Part shown: positions 41,753 to 54,900 of the stretch, one piece after another
Position numbering within the stretch: the stretch's first letter is position 1
How the letters are laid out: each line of letters starts with the position of its first letter
Origin: Entomortierella parvispora E1425
Taxonomy: Eukaryota; Fungi; Mortierellomycota
Length of the DNA stretch: 64,000 nt
Direction: 5' to 3'
Assembly (NCBI GenBank): GCA_020891255.1
Contig: BQFW01000002.1
Location: 1 to 64,000 of the forward strand
Program-made: the position numbers and the translations under genes
The notes under the pieces: generated by a model
The model's database searches: none
The model's input: only the letters and a program-made list of their open reading frames with translations
Told to the model about the DNA's origin: nothing

Positions 41753-42957
41753 GGTGTTGATTTAAGGGCGGCGAGTAGTCCTGCGTCTGAATTCTTTGTT
41801 GACTGCTCCTGCTTTGGTCGGATGTAGGCGAAAGGGGGGGAGCGTGAGCAAGGAGGAGTGAATGGATGATCGAGCCATGGGCCAGGGGCCAAAGTCTGTT
41901 GGAAAAAAAAAGACAATTTGGTGGCAACGGGCCCCTTGAGTGCACCACCAAAAAAACGCGTCGAAATTTGGGGTGGTCATTCCCTTTTGGTCGCGCACAG
42001 AGGCACAGAGACAGGAGCGGGCACCTTCAAAATGTCACCAGTCTGAAAGGGTGAAAGCGCATGCATGATGAGCATATGGAGCTTTTATGCAACGGTTTCC
42101 TTCTTTCTACACTGAGCTGCACTCCATGCCAGCCGTGTCCTGGACTAAAGAAAGAATGAACTCGAAGGCATGCACCTTCATGACACTTGTATCCTTCTGC
42201 AGTGCAGTGCTCTCTCTCCCCCCTCCCCCCTTCCTTCTTTTCTCGCTCTTTTCTTCCTTTCCAGCATCCCCTCCCTCGTGGCAGAAAGTCTCTTTCACCG
42301 CCCAGCGAGGCTGCACTCATCGAGGCCATAAGATACGCGTTCAAGTTGGATTTTTAAGGAGAAGGCGAGCTATGATGATCACGACGAGAGCTACCAACAA
42401 GGAGAGAGGGAAAGAGAGTGTGTGTGTGAGAGAGAGAGAAAGTGAGAGTGAGAGAGAGAGGGAGGGAGAGGGAGGGAGAGAGGGAGAGAGAGAAAGAGAA
42501 AAAGGGATCTCTTTTTTTCGGAGGTTCTAGCTCCTGATGAAGAGGTGGAGGTTGGCAAAGGCGCCTGGATGGTCTCCCAGCGTACTGGATGTGCTCCTTT
42601 ATTCTCTCTGCTGCTCAATATCCCCCTCGTTTACTCCTACGCTCCTTATCGTCGCCATGACTCCCTTTATAGTCTTTGAGCTCTTGATCCATACCGGATT
42701 CGCAAAAAAAGGTACACACATCGGTGCCTCAAGTCTCCCCCCATTGCACTCTGTTGGCAGAACGCGTGCCGAGACCACGGTAGCAAGTTCACTCTTGCTG
42801 GCTATAAATTCTCATGTACTCTCCCTCCATCTGTTGCTCTCTTTCTCTCTATCCTTTAGATCACCTCCTCTCTCTTTTCTCTCCCTTGTCATTAAATATT
42901 CTCGAATTTCGACCTCACTTTAGTCGTCTTCAACCTTAACACAACCCCTACCAAGTC

Positions 42958-43792
42958 ATGAAGTTCATCAAAGTGGCGCTCCTCGGTGCAATGTGTTTCG
43001 CGGCCTCAGTTCAGGCTGGGCTTGATCACTGTGATGGAAATGACCACGTAATACCTCTTGCCATTGCTATTCATAGTTGATTTTTTTGATTCGGCAAGTT
43101 GGATTCAACCCACCACTGATCTTTTCCTTTGAACGTTCTCAATCGACCCAATGCTCACCTCCATCGATCTCCTCTCTTTGGAACTTCAACCAAACAGGAC
43201 TTCTCATTCGAAGACGTCAATTATGAGCCAAGTCCGTTGACAAGGGGTGGAGAAGTCCGCGTTTTCATCAAAGGCACCCTTAAAGCTGCTATCCCAAACG
43301 ATGCTAAACTCAGATTTATCATCAAGCCTGAGGGTAAATGAATCCTCTGACACTGGTCGTCATCAGAATCACGACGTTCAGCAGGGCAATTAAGTTTTTT
43401 TTGGTCTTGTTTATTTGTTCAATTGGCGTCTTTTAGGCCATGAGAAACGGAAATGGGATATCGGCTTTTACAGTGCCGTCAAGAACCCAAGCAACACAGT
43501 CCCTTTGCAGGAGAACTCTGAGCCACAAATGGTCATTCCTTACTTCTACCTCCCGGGCGACTTCCAATATCTCAAGGGAGATGTAAGTTTTTTTTTCAAC
43601 ATCGAGCGAGCAGTGTGGGTTTGGTTTTTCTATTTTCGAGGAGATCGCTTGTGCTGAACCCCTTTCTTTTCTATTTTTTTCCCCTGCCTCCCTTAGGACT
43701 TTGATGTTGAAGTGTCAGCTCACAAGAACAATACTGTTGGAGAGGAGAAGAGAATCTTCTGCGTTCATGGAACCCTGCGTTTCCCTCTGTAA
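42958..43792 (+). CDS. Secreted ML (MD-2-related lipid-recognition, NPC2/PG-PI transfer-like) protein, about 4 exons
   Basis: Signal peptide MKFIKVALLGAMCFAASVQA; V-x-Y-x-P-x-P-L-x-x-G pattern, IKGTL, and a terminal IFCV. Confidence 0.7.
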
Positions 43793-44029
43793 TCGCATTT
43801 GATGGCTAGTGTTTTTTTCTGCATTGATCCTTGCATCATTTTCTACCCCAAAATCCATAGTTAGCGAGCTATTGCATACATGCGCCCATTATATATATTG
43901 CATCTCAAACATTTATTGACTATTCACAATTACGCAAGGAGTGATTTATGACTCGAACCCAGAGAGGCAAGAGAGATACTGAGAATGAGGGAGAAAAGAG
44001 GAAGGGTGAAAGACCGGCGGTCAATCAAC

Positions 44030-45897
44030 TCACTGCTGTGCCTGTACTTCTTCATACGAGTCCATCACTCTGGCCAAGAACTCATTAAAAGTTTCCGTCA
44101 GAAATTCAAAGTGCTTCAGACCTGTCCACCAATTCTGAGGAATACCTTCGAGGCCATGCCTTGCTCCTAGGAGACTTCCAACCACGGCCATATTTGTATC
44201 GGCATCTCCTGCTTCCAAGGTGATAACCTCCGTGACGCCCCTGAAGAAGCCGCATGTTCCTTCATAATTTGGGTCGGTCGGCAAGGGGTCAATCCTACGG
44301 GTCACCGCATAGAAGCCTGCACCTACGCACTTGTAAGCGTAACCCATTGCCTCACCATCGCCGAGCTCCAATTTGTGAAGGCTCTCCGGAAAGCAATTGG
44401 CCTGCAGTTGCTCTGCCCATCGTTCCTGAATAGTACGGGGCTGCTCCTCGGAGGTCCTCTGAAGCGCCGGGTTGGTGATGGTCACGCTGGCTGGTACGAC
44501 ATCCGTCTCTTTGATGAGGAACAGGTAGTCACTGACAACTGACCGAGCCAGAGCTGTCATGGCGTCATGCTCGCCAACGTTGTCCAGTCCAGCCCATCCA
44601 ATGTTGTCTCGAGCTATGGCGCGTGGCCTTTTAGTCGAGTATTCGACCTTTGGACTCACGGGGGCAGAGGGTCCACCCACAATACCTCTGACAGTATTGA
44701 AAAAGTTGTATTTAATCGTTGGCGGAACCGACTGTTTCACTGGCTTGCGTTTGAACTCGTTTCCAATGTCGCGTTCATAATCGGGATCCAAGGTGTCCAA
44801 GGTGCGGATGTCGGTTCCACGTCTCAAATATTCCAAGAGTTCCTCGTGGTATTCACTATCCCGCAATCTAGGGTTCCAGACGCGGGCAGAGTCTGCATGC
44901 TCGTTTGTTCCTCCCCCGCGCAACAGACGCGAGATAAGCACCGAGGCGATCAAAGCGCTAATGATCGACCTTGGATCTGCATGCGTGACTTTTGCGGCGG
45001 CCAGAGCGTTTTCAACCACTCGAGTCTCATCCCAGAATGACTCTACGCCTAAAACTGAGGTCCTCATGACTGCACCGTTGGCCGCAAGGTTGCGTCCTCT
45101 CGAGTTCCAAATCTAAGTTTTTCCGTCATAGATGAAGAGAGTGAGCTGGGGTTAGGAGGGCATGCGCCGTGGGTACATAAAAATATACTTTCTTTTTTTT
45201 TCATCATGCATCGTGGCGCCACCGGAGCTTTAGTTTTTCTTTTCCTTTTTCAGTGGTTGAGCTTACATCGAACGATGCCCTATGTGGGTTGTAACGGAAC
45301 TCGGGATGCGACAATGTCGAGCCAACCGTGTACCCGATCCCACGAGGAGGCGTCTCCATCTCGGGGAACCCAATGACGCTCCACTCTTTTAGTCGTCTGG
45401 CAAAGACGGTCGGATGCAAGCGCCCGTTTGCTGTCTGCTGCAGTGACTGCAGGATGAGCAGCATCTGATCAGTGTCGTCCGTGAAATCATTCCTGTCCCA
45501 TTTCCCACGGTGCGAGTCGATCCAAACAGGATGCCTAAATAGAGTATACCATCGTCCGAAGATATAGAGAGTCAGCTTTAGACATGACTAAAAAGATGAA
45601 GCGCCAGCAAGCCGTTTTGTTGGCCACGACTATCCACTTACCCTTCATCACCACCAAAGGCAATAGGTCCGTTGCCGTAATGGGCAAAGGCTGATTCTTT
45701 GGACATGAACTCGGTGGCTAAACCATAGGCGTCTCCAACGGCGTTTCCTATTGTGGACCGCGAAAACAAAACGTTAGGGACCCGTGTCGTCATCAGTAAG
45801 GCATTGACGGAAGAGACTTACCAAAGAGGCAGCCAAGAATACGGCTCTCAATCTCAGGCCTGGTCAGGGTTGATTGCGTGGAAGGAATTGGGGTCAT
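44030..45897 (-). CDS. ADP-ribosylglycohydrolase (ARH/DraG family)
   Basis: GCLFG.ALGDA.G, FTDDTDQ, AANGAVMR and GDADTN metal-binding motifs. Confidence 0.93.
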
Positions 45898-46075
45898 TGT
45901 ACAACTTGAGTGTGTGGAGAGGGGAAAGGAGAGTAAAGAGGAGAAATGGTGAGGAAAGAGGATGATTTTTTTTCTACAGTGGGCGCAGCACAAGGAGCAC
46001 AAGGTGAAAGCGTCACATGAGGGGTCAGGATCAGTAAAGGAGTCTTTTTATTTGTGTACATGTCCAAGGTAGTGT

Positions 46076-47416
46076 CTACTTCTTGTCGCGTCCCAACGTG
46101 GAGGCCACAGTTGCGGCCTCTTGAATTGTTCTGGCCAGTGTGGAACGGATGCGACCATCCTCCATGGTGAGGAGACCCGCGATGGTGCATCCACCGGGGG
46201 TTGTTACGGAGTCCTTGATTGCTGCTGGATGTGCTCCAGTGGTAAGAACCATGCGGGCAGCTCCCTGCAGGACTAAAAGAGCAAAAAAAAAAAAAAAAAA
46301 AAAAAAACTTCTAAGGAGTTGGCCTTGAAACCTGATCATTTTCAACTGATAGAGCGAATGTTGGTACCTTGGGCTGCAAGCTCGGTCGCCACATCTCGAG
46401 GCAAACCCATCATTACGCCTCCATCAGCCAATGCCTCGAGCATGACACTAGTTCATAAAAAAACATAAAGGATCGTTCTGTTAGCAAGCATTCAAGTTGG
46501 CATTCCCTTCAGATAGACTTCTTTCCTTGGGAAGTGTAGGTCGATTTTTTCTCATGTACCATGCAAATGCGGGACCGCTTCCTGCCAAAGCTGTTACTGC
46601 ATCCAGGTGCTTTTCATCCAAGATTCTGCAACGACCAAGAGTGGAAAAGATGTTGGAAGTAAACTTCATGGACTGAAGATCAGTGTTTGGTCCACACGAG
46701 AGCACAGTCATGCCCTCGCGAATCTAAACGTTTGCGGTTAAATCGACGCGATTAGATTTGGCAAAGGTTGGGCCTCGAAGGTGTGTGGAATAGGCAGATC
46801 TGCTGCTGATGCCTCCCTACCTTGCATGGAGTGTTGGGCATGGCTCTGATAACAGTGGTGGTTGGAGTCGTCCAGGACTGGAGCTGTTCGATGGTGACGC
46901 CAGCACAGATGCTGACCAGAAGTTTGTCTCTCAAGGCCTCCTGGATCCCAGGAGCCGACAGGACGGCCTTGGCTACTTGTGGTTTAGTGCTATTCTCCAA
47001 CAATAGCAAAGAATCGTCAACCAACCGAGCGATCGTACATTCGAAACAAAAAGAGCATCCAAGCCTAGGCTGACTTTTTTTGCCTACCAGAGAAAGATAA
47101 CATCCGACTCAGACACGCCCTGGACATTTCCTGCAGCGCCGTGTAAGACTCGGGCCTGGTTGCCTAGGGTCTTTCTCAGCTTCACTGCAGAGTCTTCATG
47201 GCTGACACAGGCAATGAATCCTGCAGGGCGAAGCAAATCGTCCTCAGAGCTGCTCTGATCCACAACTGCACCTTCGCTGGCGGGGGTGACAGGGGCCAAC
47301 GAAGGCGAGGCCTGAGCAGAGTCTTGGCCGGCAATAGAATCGAGGGTGCCACGGATAATGGCGATGCCCATGGTGCCGCATCCGAGGACACAGATTGTTG
47401 GCTTGTTGAGGGTCAT
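46076..47416 (-). CDS. PRO3: Pyrroline-5-carboxylate reductase
   Basis: VLGCGTMG, SICAGV, IRAMPNTP, VTALAGSGPAF and VTTPGGCTIAGL. Confidence 0.96.
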
Positions 47417-47991
47417 GATCGGGAATGCAGGTAGGATCCGCGAGGAGAAGGTTGAATGAGAAGGAGGAGGAGGAGAGAGAATGGTGGCGGTGAATGGATC
47501 CATTCGCCTTGCCTTTGCACCCTTTCTCTCTGTCGGTGCTTGCTCTCGTTTTGACTCCGTCTCAGACGGACCTCTCACTGACCGCAAACGGACGGACGGA
47601 AGGGCGGGCAGGAGCCTCTTTTGGGTGTGCAATCTCAATCTCTGTCTGTGAGATATCTGTGTGTGCGTATCTCTGCGTGTGTATGCGCTCTGTTCTGTTC
47701 TGTTCTGTTCTGTTCCCTTGGTGCAGTGTCCTTTTCTTCCTTCTCCCTTTGCTCCCCTTCCCATTCATTCATTCATTCATTCATCCCTCCTTCATCACCC
47801 TCTCTCCCTCCCCTCGCTTGACCCCTCCCGTTATCTTTATTGTTATTCACCCTGCCCTCCACACCTCGCCTCTCTCTCCACAAGTCGTTACTGTTTCCCG
47901 CCCCTGCCTTCCTTCGTTTCAATTCACGCCGACAGACTCTTTGAATTCAATTCTCTCAAGGACACTCTCATCCTCCACCTCAACTGCGACA

Positions 47992-49262
47992 ATGTCCAAG
48001 GACCAGCAAAAGCAGCACCACAACGACCAGTGGCATCCATCATTGCTGCCTGGTTCTGCTGCAAGCAATGCTGCAACAGACCAGGCAACGGCGTGGCTAA
48101 AATGGCTCGTTCACAGCACAAGTGCCATGGCTACGGCAGACTGCGTGATTAATGAGCGACTTTTCTCCGAACCCATGGTCCTCGGGATGCCCATGATCCT
48201 TGGCACAGCGGGTGAGTTTCCCCCGCACACACAGACAGGCATTCTGTCCATCTTTCCCCATAGAGCTCCCCATGCACATGTGCATGCATTACATGCATTG
48301 CATGGGACCCGGGGCCCTGTCGGCGCTATCTGCTGTGACTGCCCCGATCCCCGAATCCTGCAAAAGGAAGCCAGCTGACCAAACCTTGCTCCCTTCCCCT
48401 GCTACTAGACTGCCTTTCAGCACCATCGTCGTCGTCGGCACAGGGGTACCGTTATCGATCACGGCGTAATGCTCCTGGGCAGGTTCACTTCAACCAGGGT
48501 ACTGAGGAAGCAAGCCGGGCTTCGGCTTCCATTTCTTCTGGCGCGACCACGGCTGGACCTCGTGCTCAACGACATCCTGCTGGCACCAAAACTGCAGGAT
48601 ACGATACCCATGAGCACAGCTCGCATGATGCAGACGAAACCTCTAGACCCGTGCCTCAGGATGAAATGAGCAATCCCGCGGCGGCCAGGGTGCTCAATCG
48701 ATCAACAACCCTGTCCTCAGCCAAGGTGGCATCAAGGAATCAGGACGCGGACAGAAGCTCTTCATCCTCGTCATCTTCTGCCCCGATTTCTTCTTCACCA
48801 ACGTCATCGTCTCCTTCAAGTTCAGGGACGGGTTCAAGTTCGTTACTGCTGTCTGCAAATCAAGAATTTTTCGAAGCATGGACCAGGACAACTGCGTTCT
48901 TGCACCGCACATTCTCCCCTACGTATCGTGTCGGCGGCCTCTATATCGACTCTTGGACAAATGGTGCCCAACGAAGAGGGCTGGAGAAGATGAAGACCAG
49001 TCTCTTGCGAGGCGATGCTTGGGTGTTGGTCAAGGGTATTACTGCCCAACTCCAAACTCGTTGGAAACAGAGTATCGCAGACAGTGAAGCCAAGGTCAAG
49101 GATATGGAAAGGCGGGCGAAATCGATTGAGGACGTGAAGCGTCTCTCGAATCGAGGAGGCAACAACCGCAAAAGTGGCTGTGAAAATGAAGGCGATGGAG
49201 ACAATGGTTCTCGGACAAAGTCTTTGGATACAAAGACCTCCAGTGGGCACTCTAAGGATTGA
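47992..49262 (+). CDS. Hypothetical protein, 2 exons (47992-48211, 48409-49262)
   Basis: A GTGAGT donor, GCTGAC branch point and CTAG acceptor join two ORFs in frame; S-rich middle and a structured C-terminal block (FFEAWTRTTAFLH...YIDSWTNG). Confidence 0.65.
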
Positions 49263-49901
49263 TTTGCCCATAAATATACCATAAATAAATGCACTGTACT
49301 ATAAAACACACAGTCTGACCACCCAAGGCGCTTTTATAGAGGCATTCTCCTACAAAGGCACATTGCTTTGAACAAGATGTCTACATCCGATGCATGTCTT
49401 GGGCTGTTCAACACAACTGTGTACTCATCATGGACAGAGTAGAACTCAGGGGCGTTCGACCATGATAGGGTCAAAAACAACAGCAGGACCTAAATCAGAG
49501 CAAGGACGCAGAAGGTGGAGACAGTATGGTCATTAAGGTAGCTCAGCTGGAAGATAAGGCATCTCAGCTGTCGACAACATCGTCCAATGCCTTGATCTTG
49601 GCCTTTCACCGTCCCACGTTGTGGCCCCCCACGGATACCCCTGTAGATTTGTTTGCGAGAGGGTATGGCGAGTTTTATATCTTCAAGATGGCCCTCAGAC
49701 CAGATAACCGACTGGGATACCTCACGATGAACGACGTGAACCGCTTCGAGCCCCGTTCCTCACGAATCCGCGTTTCGTTTTTTTTCCACAACAGATAGGG
49801 CGCTTTATTTGTCCAGGAGTTTGTGACTCCTTTTCACGAGCCCCACTTTAGAACGTGCTGGCAAACACGCATATGTTTTTTTTTTTTTTTTTTGGAAATG
49901 T

Positions 49902-51934
49902 TCACTCGGTTCTGACGCGTTTGTCCCTCCCACCCGCGGCGCGTTGTTGCAGAGCCCTTTTGGCTTCTGTCTGGGGGGTCGGCTGCTCGCGCTTGCATTG
50001 TATATAGAGTGGCCTTTCAGATGGCTGGAGATTGTTTAATCCTTCCAGAATGTCGCGTTCTCTCTGATTCAGCTCTTTGACTGGATCGGGTGTGCTTGTC
50101 TTGACGCCAGGTGTCCATTGACAATTGCCCTCCCTATCCGTGGGCTGCAAATAGTCGCTTCGCGTAAAGTATGTCATCTGATGTCGGGCGGCATTGGCAA
50201 TATTGTGGGCCCCGATAACGTCTCTGTGAACCCGAGACCCACAGTGATTACAGGCCAGTCGCCTCATGTTGATGCGAAACAGGAATCGGTGGCAGTGTCT
50301 GCGAGGACACTTTTGGCTCGTGTAATATTCATTCACCAGAACTACGACGTAACCAAGTGACCGTAGCTAGAAAGAGCAATAGCAGTTAGCATTTGCCAGA
50401 TCTTTTTGGGGTAGCAGGAATCGAAGTACATGTCATGTTTGTTCAACTTACAACTCGAATAAGATAGGCAGTAAATGTGCTATCCATGGATTCCAGGCCC
50501 TTGTTGTATCTAGACCCGCCTTGTCCTATTGCCACCAAGACCTTTTCATCCGGTCTTCGTCGGCGCCCGATGCTGCCTCCAAACGACTTCATGATACGGT
50601 CTGCCATGATAGCAAACTCGGCTTCCATCGCCTTCTTCAGATCCCAATGCCTTTTCTTGTATTTCTGGCTCCCGTAAAACGCATCAAGTTTTTCGGCAAC
50701 CTTTTCCATCTCTTGCATATACTTTGTGAAGGATGCTTGTGGCCCATGTAGTGGTGGGAGATGTCTCAGTATATCAGCGATGCTCTCTTCGGTGTCGATT
50801 GGTACGATTGGTACAATATTGGCGGGTGCAGCATTGGTAGGTGCAACATTGGTAGGTGCAACATTGGTAGGTGCCACTGCCACTGGCTGCGATCGGGAGT
50901 GATTTTCCAGACGAAGCTGAGCCTGACGTACAAGTTCTGCTGCTTCCTTCATTTTTACCACAAGAAGAGCTTTGGCGTTCGCAGGGAGCAGTGTTGATAG
51001 CTCTGGATCTGGCGGTCCCGTTGTATGAGTCCTGGGGCTTGTTACTGCTGTTGATAGTGCCAGCGCATTCGAGGCAGAAGCTAGGGCACTTGTGGAAGCC
51101 CCTTCTACTGAAGGCGTCGAAAAGGATTGCAAGTGTGCTGGGGAGATCAAGCCTGGTAACGCCACTGGAGATATTGTTGATGAAGCTATGGTCAATGTTT
51201 CCTCTGCAGCGAGCGGAACTGACCGTAGCATCTTCTTGGACTCCTCCTCAAGCCAAGCGCGATGCTTGAGAATTGGTTGGTATGCAGCTTTCTGACTGAT
51301 GGTAAGGTTGCGAAAGCTCGGGCTGATCGGAGGATCCTGAGCGCTGGGGCCGTTCGCAGACTCTGGTAGCAGCACATGCACACCAACAATAAACCGATCC
51401 CCAGGATCGATGCCAACTACTGTGATGTCGCTTGGGCTGCAGTCGCCGTAGTAGCGTTGCACGTCTCCCTCATTCTTGAAGACATGGCGGATCTCAGATG
51501 GGAAGTAGTCGAGCCCACGGATAGTGGAGGTTGGAGAGACGGGCATCCGATCTGATGGCAGCCGCTTGTATTTGACCATATTCAGTTCTCGAATCTTGAA
51601 GACGTTAACGTGGAGCTTCGTTCCGTTTGTAGTAATGGAGCCTTGCAGGTAATAACCCTTGTCCTCGTATGTATTCGGGTCAAAGTCCTCGCTTCCCAGT
51701 CTTTGAAGGTGAGCCTCGAGCTCCAAAGTGTTGGCATCGATGATTTTCGCCTTCATTCCTCGCTTCTTCCGTTCTCGTCTTGAAAGACTGTTCCGCCCAA
51801 CTCTGCAGATGAACTCTTTAACGATGGCCCCAGGTGATTGCCTTCCCACCCATGATTTGGTGTCTTCCAGAGTAGGCTCCCTAGACAAGCCTGCGCCGCC
51901 AAGGTCGCCTCGAACCATTTCCTGCAGCTTGGAC
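49902..51934 (-). other. Fanzor/TnpB-like RuvC plus zinc-ribbon half of the fusion gene
   Basis: GSITTNG; RuvC-I VVGIDPG; Gly at the canonical RuvC-II position (VAIGQGG); VNEYYTSQKC; CPRRHC...CNHC; RuvC-III HRDVIGAHNI. Confidence 0.9.
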
Positions 51935-54900
51935 TTTAGTGCAATAGGAGTATCGAGGGTGGAGTGGAGACAAGAAGTCAGTTTTATTATATTGCAAGTT
52001 TCTAGCTTTTGTAGGTACACATCGCGTGATGTCACCGTATTCCTGTTACACCTTCCCCTTTTAAAAAATGATACCGTGCTGCTCTTTGAAGGTTGTGACC
52101 AAGTCCATGCAGTTGTCCAAGTTGCTTACTGGGAGCCATTCGTCAGCTTCTCTGCCGTAGCCTTTGAATGACACTAGGAACTGGTGTTGTCTGCGGTAGA
52201 AGCGGTACTTTAAAATTTCGTCCACTTCATACTCCTCTTCGCCGTCAATTACAGTGGGATCCACGGGGGCAGGAGCTCGAATGCCGAGTGACTCCGGGGA
52301 CGGCAAATAGGGTCGAAAGGTATCAACGTGGAAGACGTCATGGATTTTGTAGAATGGTGGCAGCTCGACGCGGAAGGTGACAGGTGAGTGTTGCTCCAAA
52401 AGTGTGAACGGGCCAAGGAATTGAGGTCGAAGTTTATCGGCTGGTCTGATACTGTCGGCAGGGATGGTGATATTGGTGGCACGCAGCAGGACCTTATCGC
52501 CAACCTTGTACTTGTGATCCCGTCGTCGCTTGTTTGCCTGTTGCTCCTGATGATCCTGAGCACGCTGCAGAGCATCCTGGGCCAGGGCAAGGGTGGTCGC
52601 CTGCTCAGTCAGGAAGGTATCGACAGTGGGGACTGAGCTGCTGGGTTTACCGAGGAGAGCGGTGGGGAGACGAGGGTGCTGGCCAGAGTTGAGGAAGAAC
52701 GGCGAGTATCCCGTGGATGCATTGACAGCGTTGTTATAGGCGAATTCCAGTGACGGAAGGAGCTGGTCCCAGTTAGACTGCTTGTTGTCAATAAACGCTC
52801 TCAACATAGTCTTCAGCGTCTTGTTCATAACCTCTGTCTGCCCATCCGTCTGTGGGTGGTAGGCGGTTGACAGTGCAAGTTTGACATCCATTAGCCTGTG
52901 CAACTCTTGCCAGAATCTACTAGTGAATCGAGTGTCGCGGTCCGAGATGATGGATGTTGGTGTGCCATGCAGCTTAAAGATGTTGTCAAAAAACTGGTGG
53001 GCGACGTCGACGGCTGTGGCAGAGGTAGTACTGGGGACGAAGTGAGCTTGCTTGGTCAGCTTGTCGACAAACACTGTGATGGCGTCAAAATTTCTAGCTG
53101 TGGGCGGAAGAGGGCCGATGAAGTCCATGGTGACTACCTCCCAACGTTGCGAAGGAATGGGTAGCGGTTGCAAGAGTCCAGCTGGTCGATCCTGTGAGTC
53201 CTTGTTCCTTTGACACTTCTCGCAGGTTGCTACATACTGCTGGGTATCCTTGGCGATGTGGGGCCAATATACGAAACGGCGCAGGTTGTCGTAAGTCTTT
53301 TGAAAACCAAAGTGTCCAGCAGTGGCAGAGTCGTGAGCGTCGTGCAAGAGAGTGAGGCGGATCGGGGAGTGCCGAGGGATGGCCAGGGTGGTTGCTCCAC
53401 GTCGGGTAAAGTAGAGGAGGTTGTTCTGGAATGAATATCCATTGGCAACCTTCCCATCCAGGCAATCCTTGTAGATGGGTCCAAGTCGAGGATCGTCGTT
53501 GTAGTCCTGGACAAGCTGGTCACGGACGTCCGGGGACAGGGAGACGCTGAGGTTGTATAGCTCAACAGGGTCAGGCTCGCGGTAGTCCGGTCGTCGGGAG
53601 AGAGCGTCTGGGACGATGTTGTCAACTCCTCGCTTGTACTTGAAGTCAAAGTCGTATTCCTGAAGCAACTCCATCCAGCGAGCCTGTCGACGAGTGAGTT
53701 TGGGCTGTGTGGGGGAAGTGGCGGAGGGTGGCGTGGTCGGTGTGGACGCTGAACTTGGTTCCATCGAGGTAGTAGCGCCAAGTGCGGAGCGCATGGATGA
53801 CAGCCAACAGTTCCTGCTCATGGACAGGGTAGTTCCGCTCAGCTGACTGCATTTTTCCTGGAAGTGAATGCGATGGGATGGGTATTCCCTTCCCGGTCAG
53901 TCTGCAGCAGCACTGCACCGATGGCGAAACCGGATGCATCTGTTTCGACAAAGGTGAGAGATCGGGGTCGAAGATGCGGAGGACGGGGGCGGAGCAGATG
54001 GCGCGTTTGAGCTGAAGGAATGCAGATTGTTGTTCGTCGGTCCATTTGAAGGGAGTGTTGTTGGCGAGGAGGGAAGAGAGAGGGAGGGCAATCCCTGCAA
54101 AGCCCGATACGTACTGTTGATAAAATTGCGCAAGCCCCAAAAATTGCTGGACGTCCTTTGTGCTCTTGGGGGTGGGCCAGTCACTGATGGCTTTGCTGAG
54201 CCCGGCCGATGTTTTGATCCCGTCCTTCGTGATGGTGTGGCCCAAAAATTCAGTTTCGTCTTGCATGAAGGAGCACTTGCTCAATTTCGCGTACAGACCG
54301 TTCTTGCGGAGGAGAGCCAGGACGCTTCGGAGATGCTGCAGGTGTTCTTTCTTTGTCTTGGAGTAGATCAACAGATCGTCGAGATACACGACAACCCATT
54401 TGTCCAAGACTGGATCGAGCACTCGCAACATCATATTGGAGAACGAAGCAGGAGCGTTAGTAAGGCCAAAGGGAACAACATTGAACTCAAAGTGACCATA
54501 GCGACAACGGAAGGCAGTCTTGTGTGTGTGTGGTTCAAAGATACGCTGCTGATGATAACCGGATAACAAGTCCAACTTGGAGTAATAGCGTGCTCCACGG
54601 AAGCGGTCAAGAAGCTCGTCGATACGGGGCAACGGGTGTCTGTTCTTCCTGGTGATCTTGTTGAGGCCACGGTAGTCGACGCACATTCGGAGTGTGCCGT
54701 CCTTCTTCCGCACAAAGAGCACGGGGGCGCCATAGGGAGAGGTACTGGGTTTGATAAAACCTGCTGCTAGCAATTGGTCCAGTTGTTTGCGAAGTTCGTC
54801 AAGCTCGGCGATTGAAAGTCTAATGACAGGGCGGAAGGGTGGGTCGGCTGTCGGGTCGGTCTCGATCTTCATAGCATCACCACGGTCTGGGGGCAGGCCG

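Noticed and set aside
49526-49798. 90-aa plus-strand ORF downstream of the Fanzor
   Set aside because: No recognisable motif or splice context; it may simply overlap the omega-RNA region.
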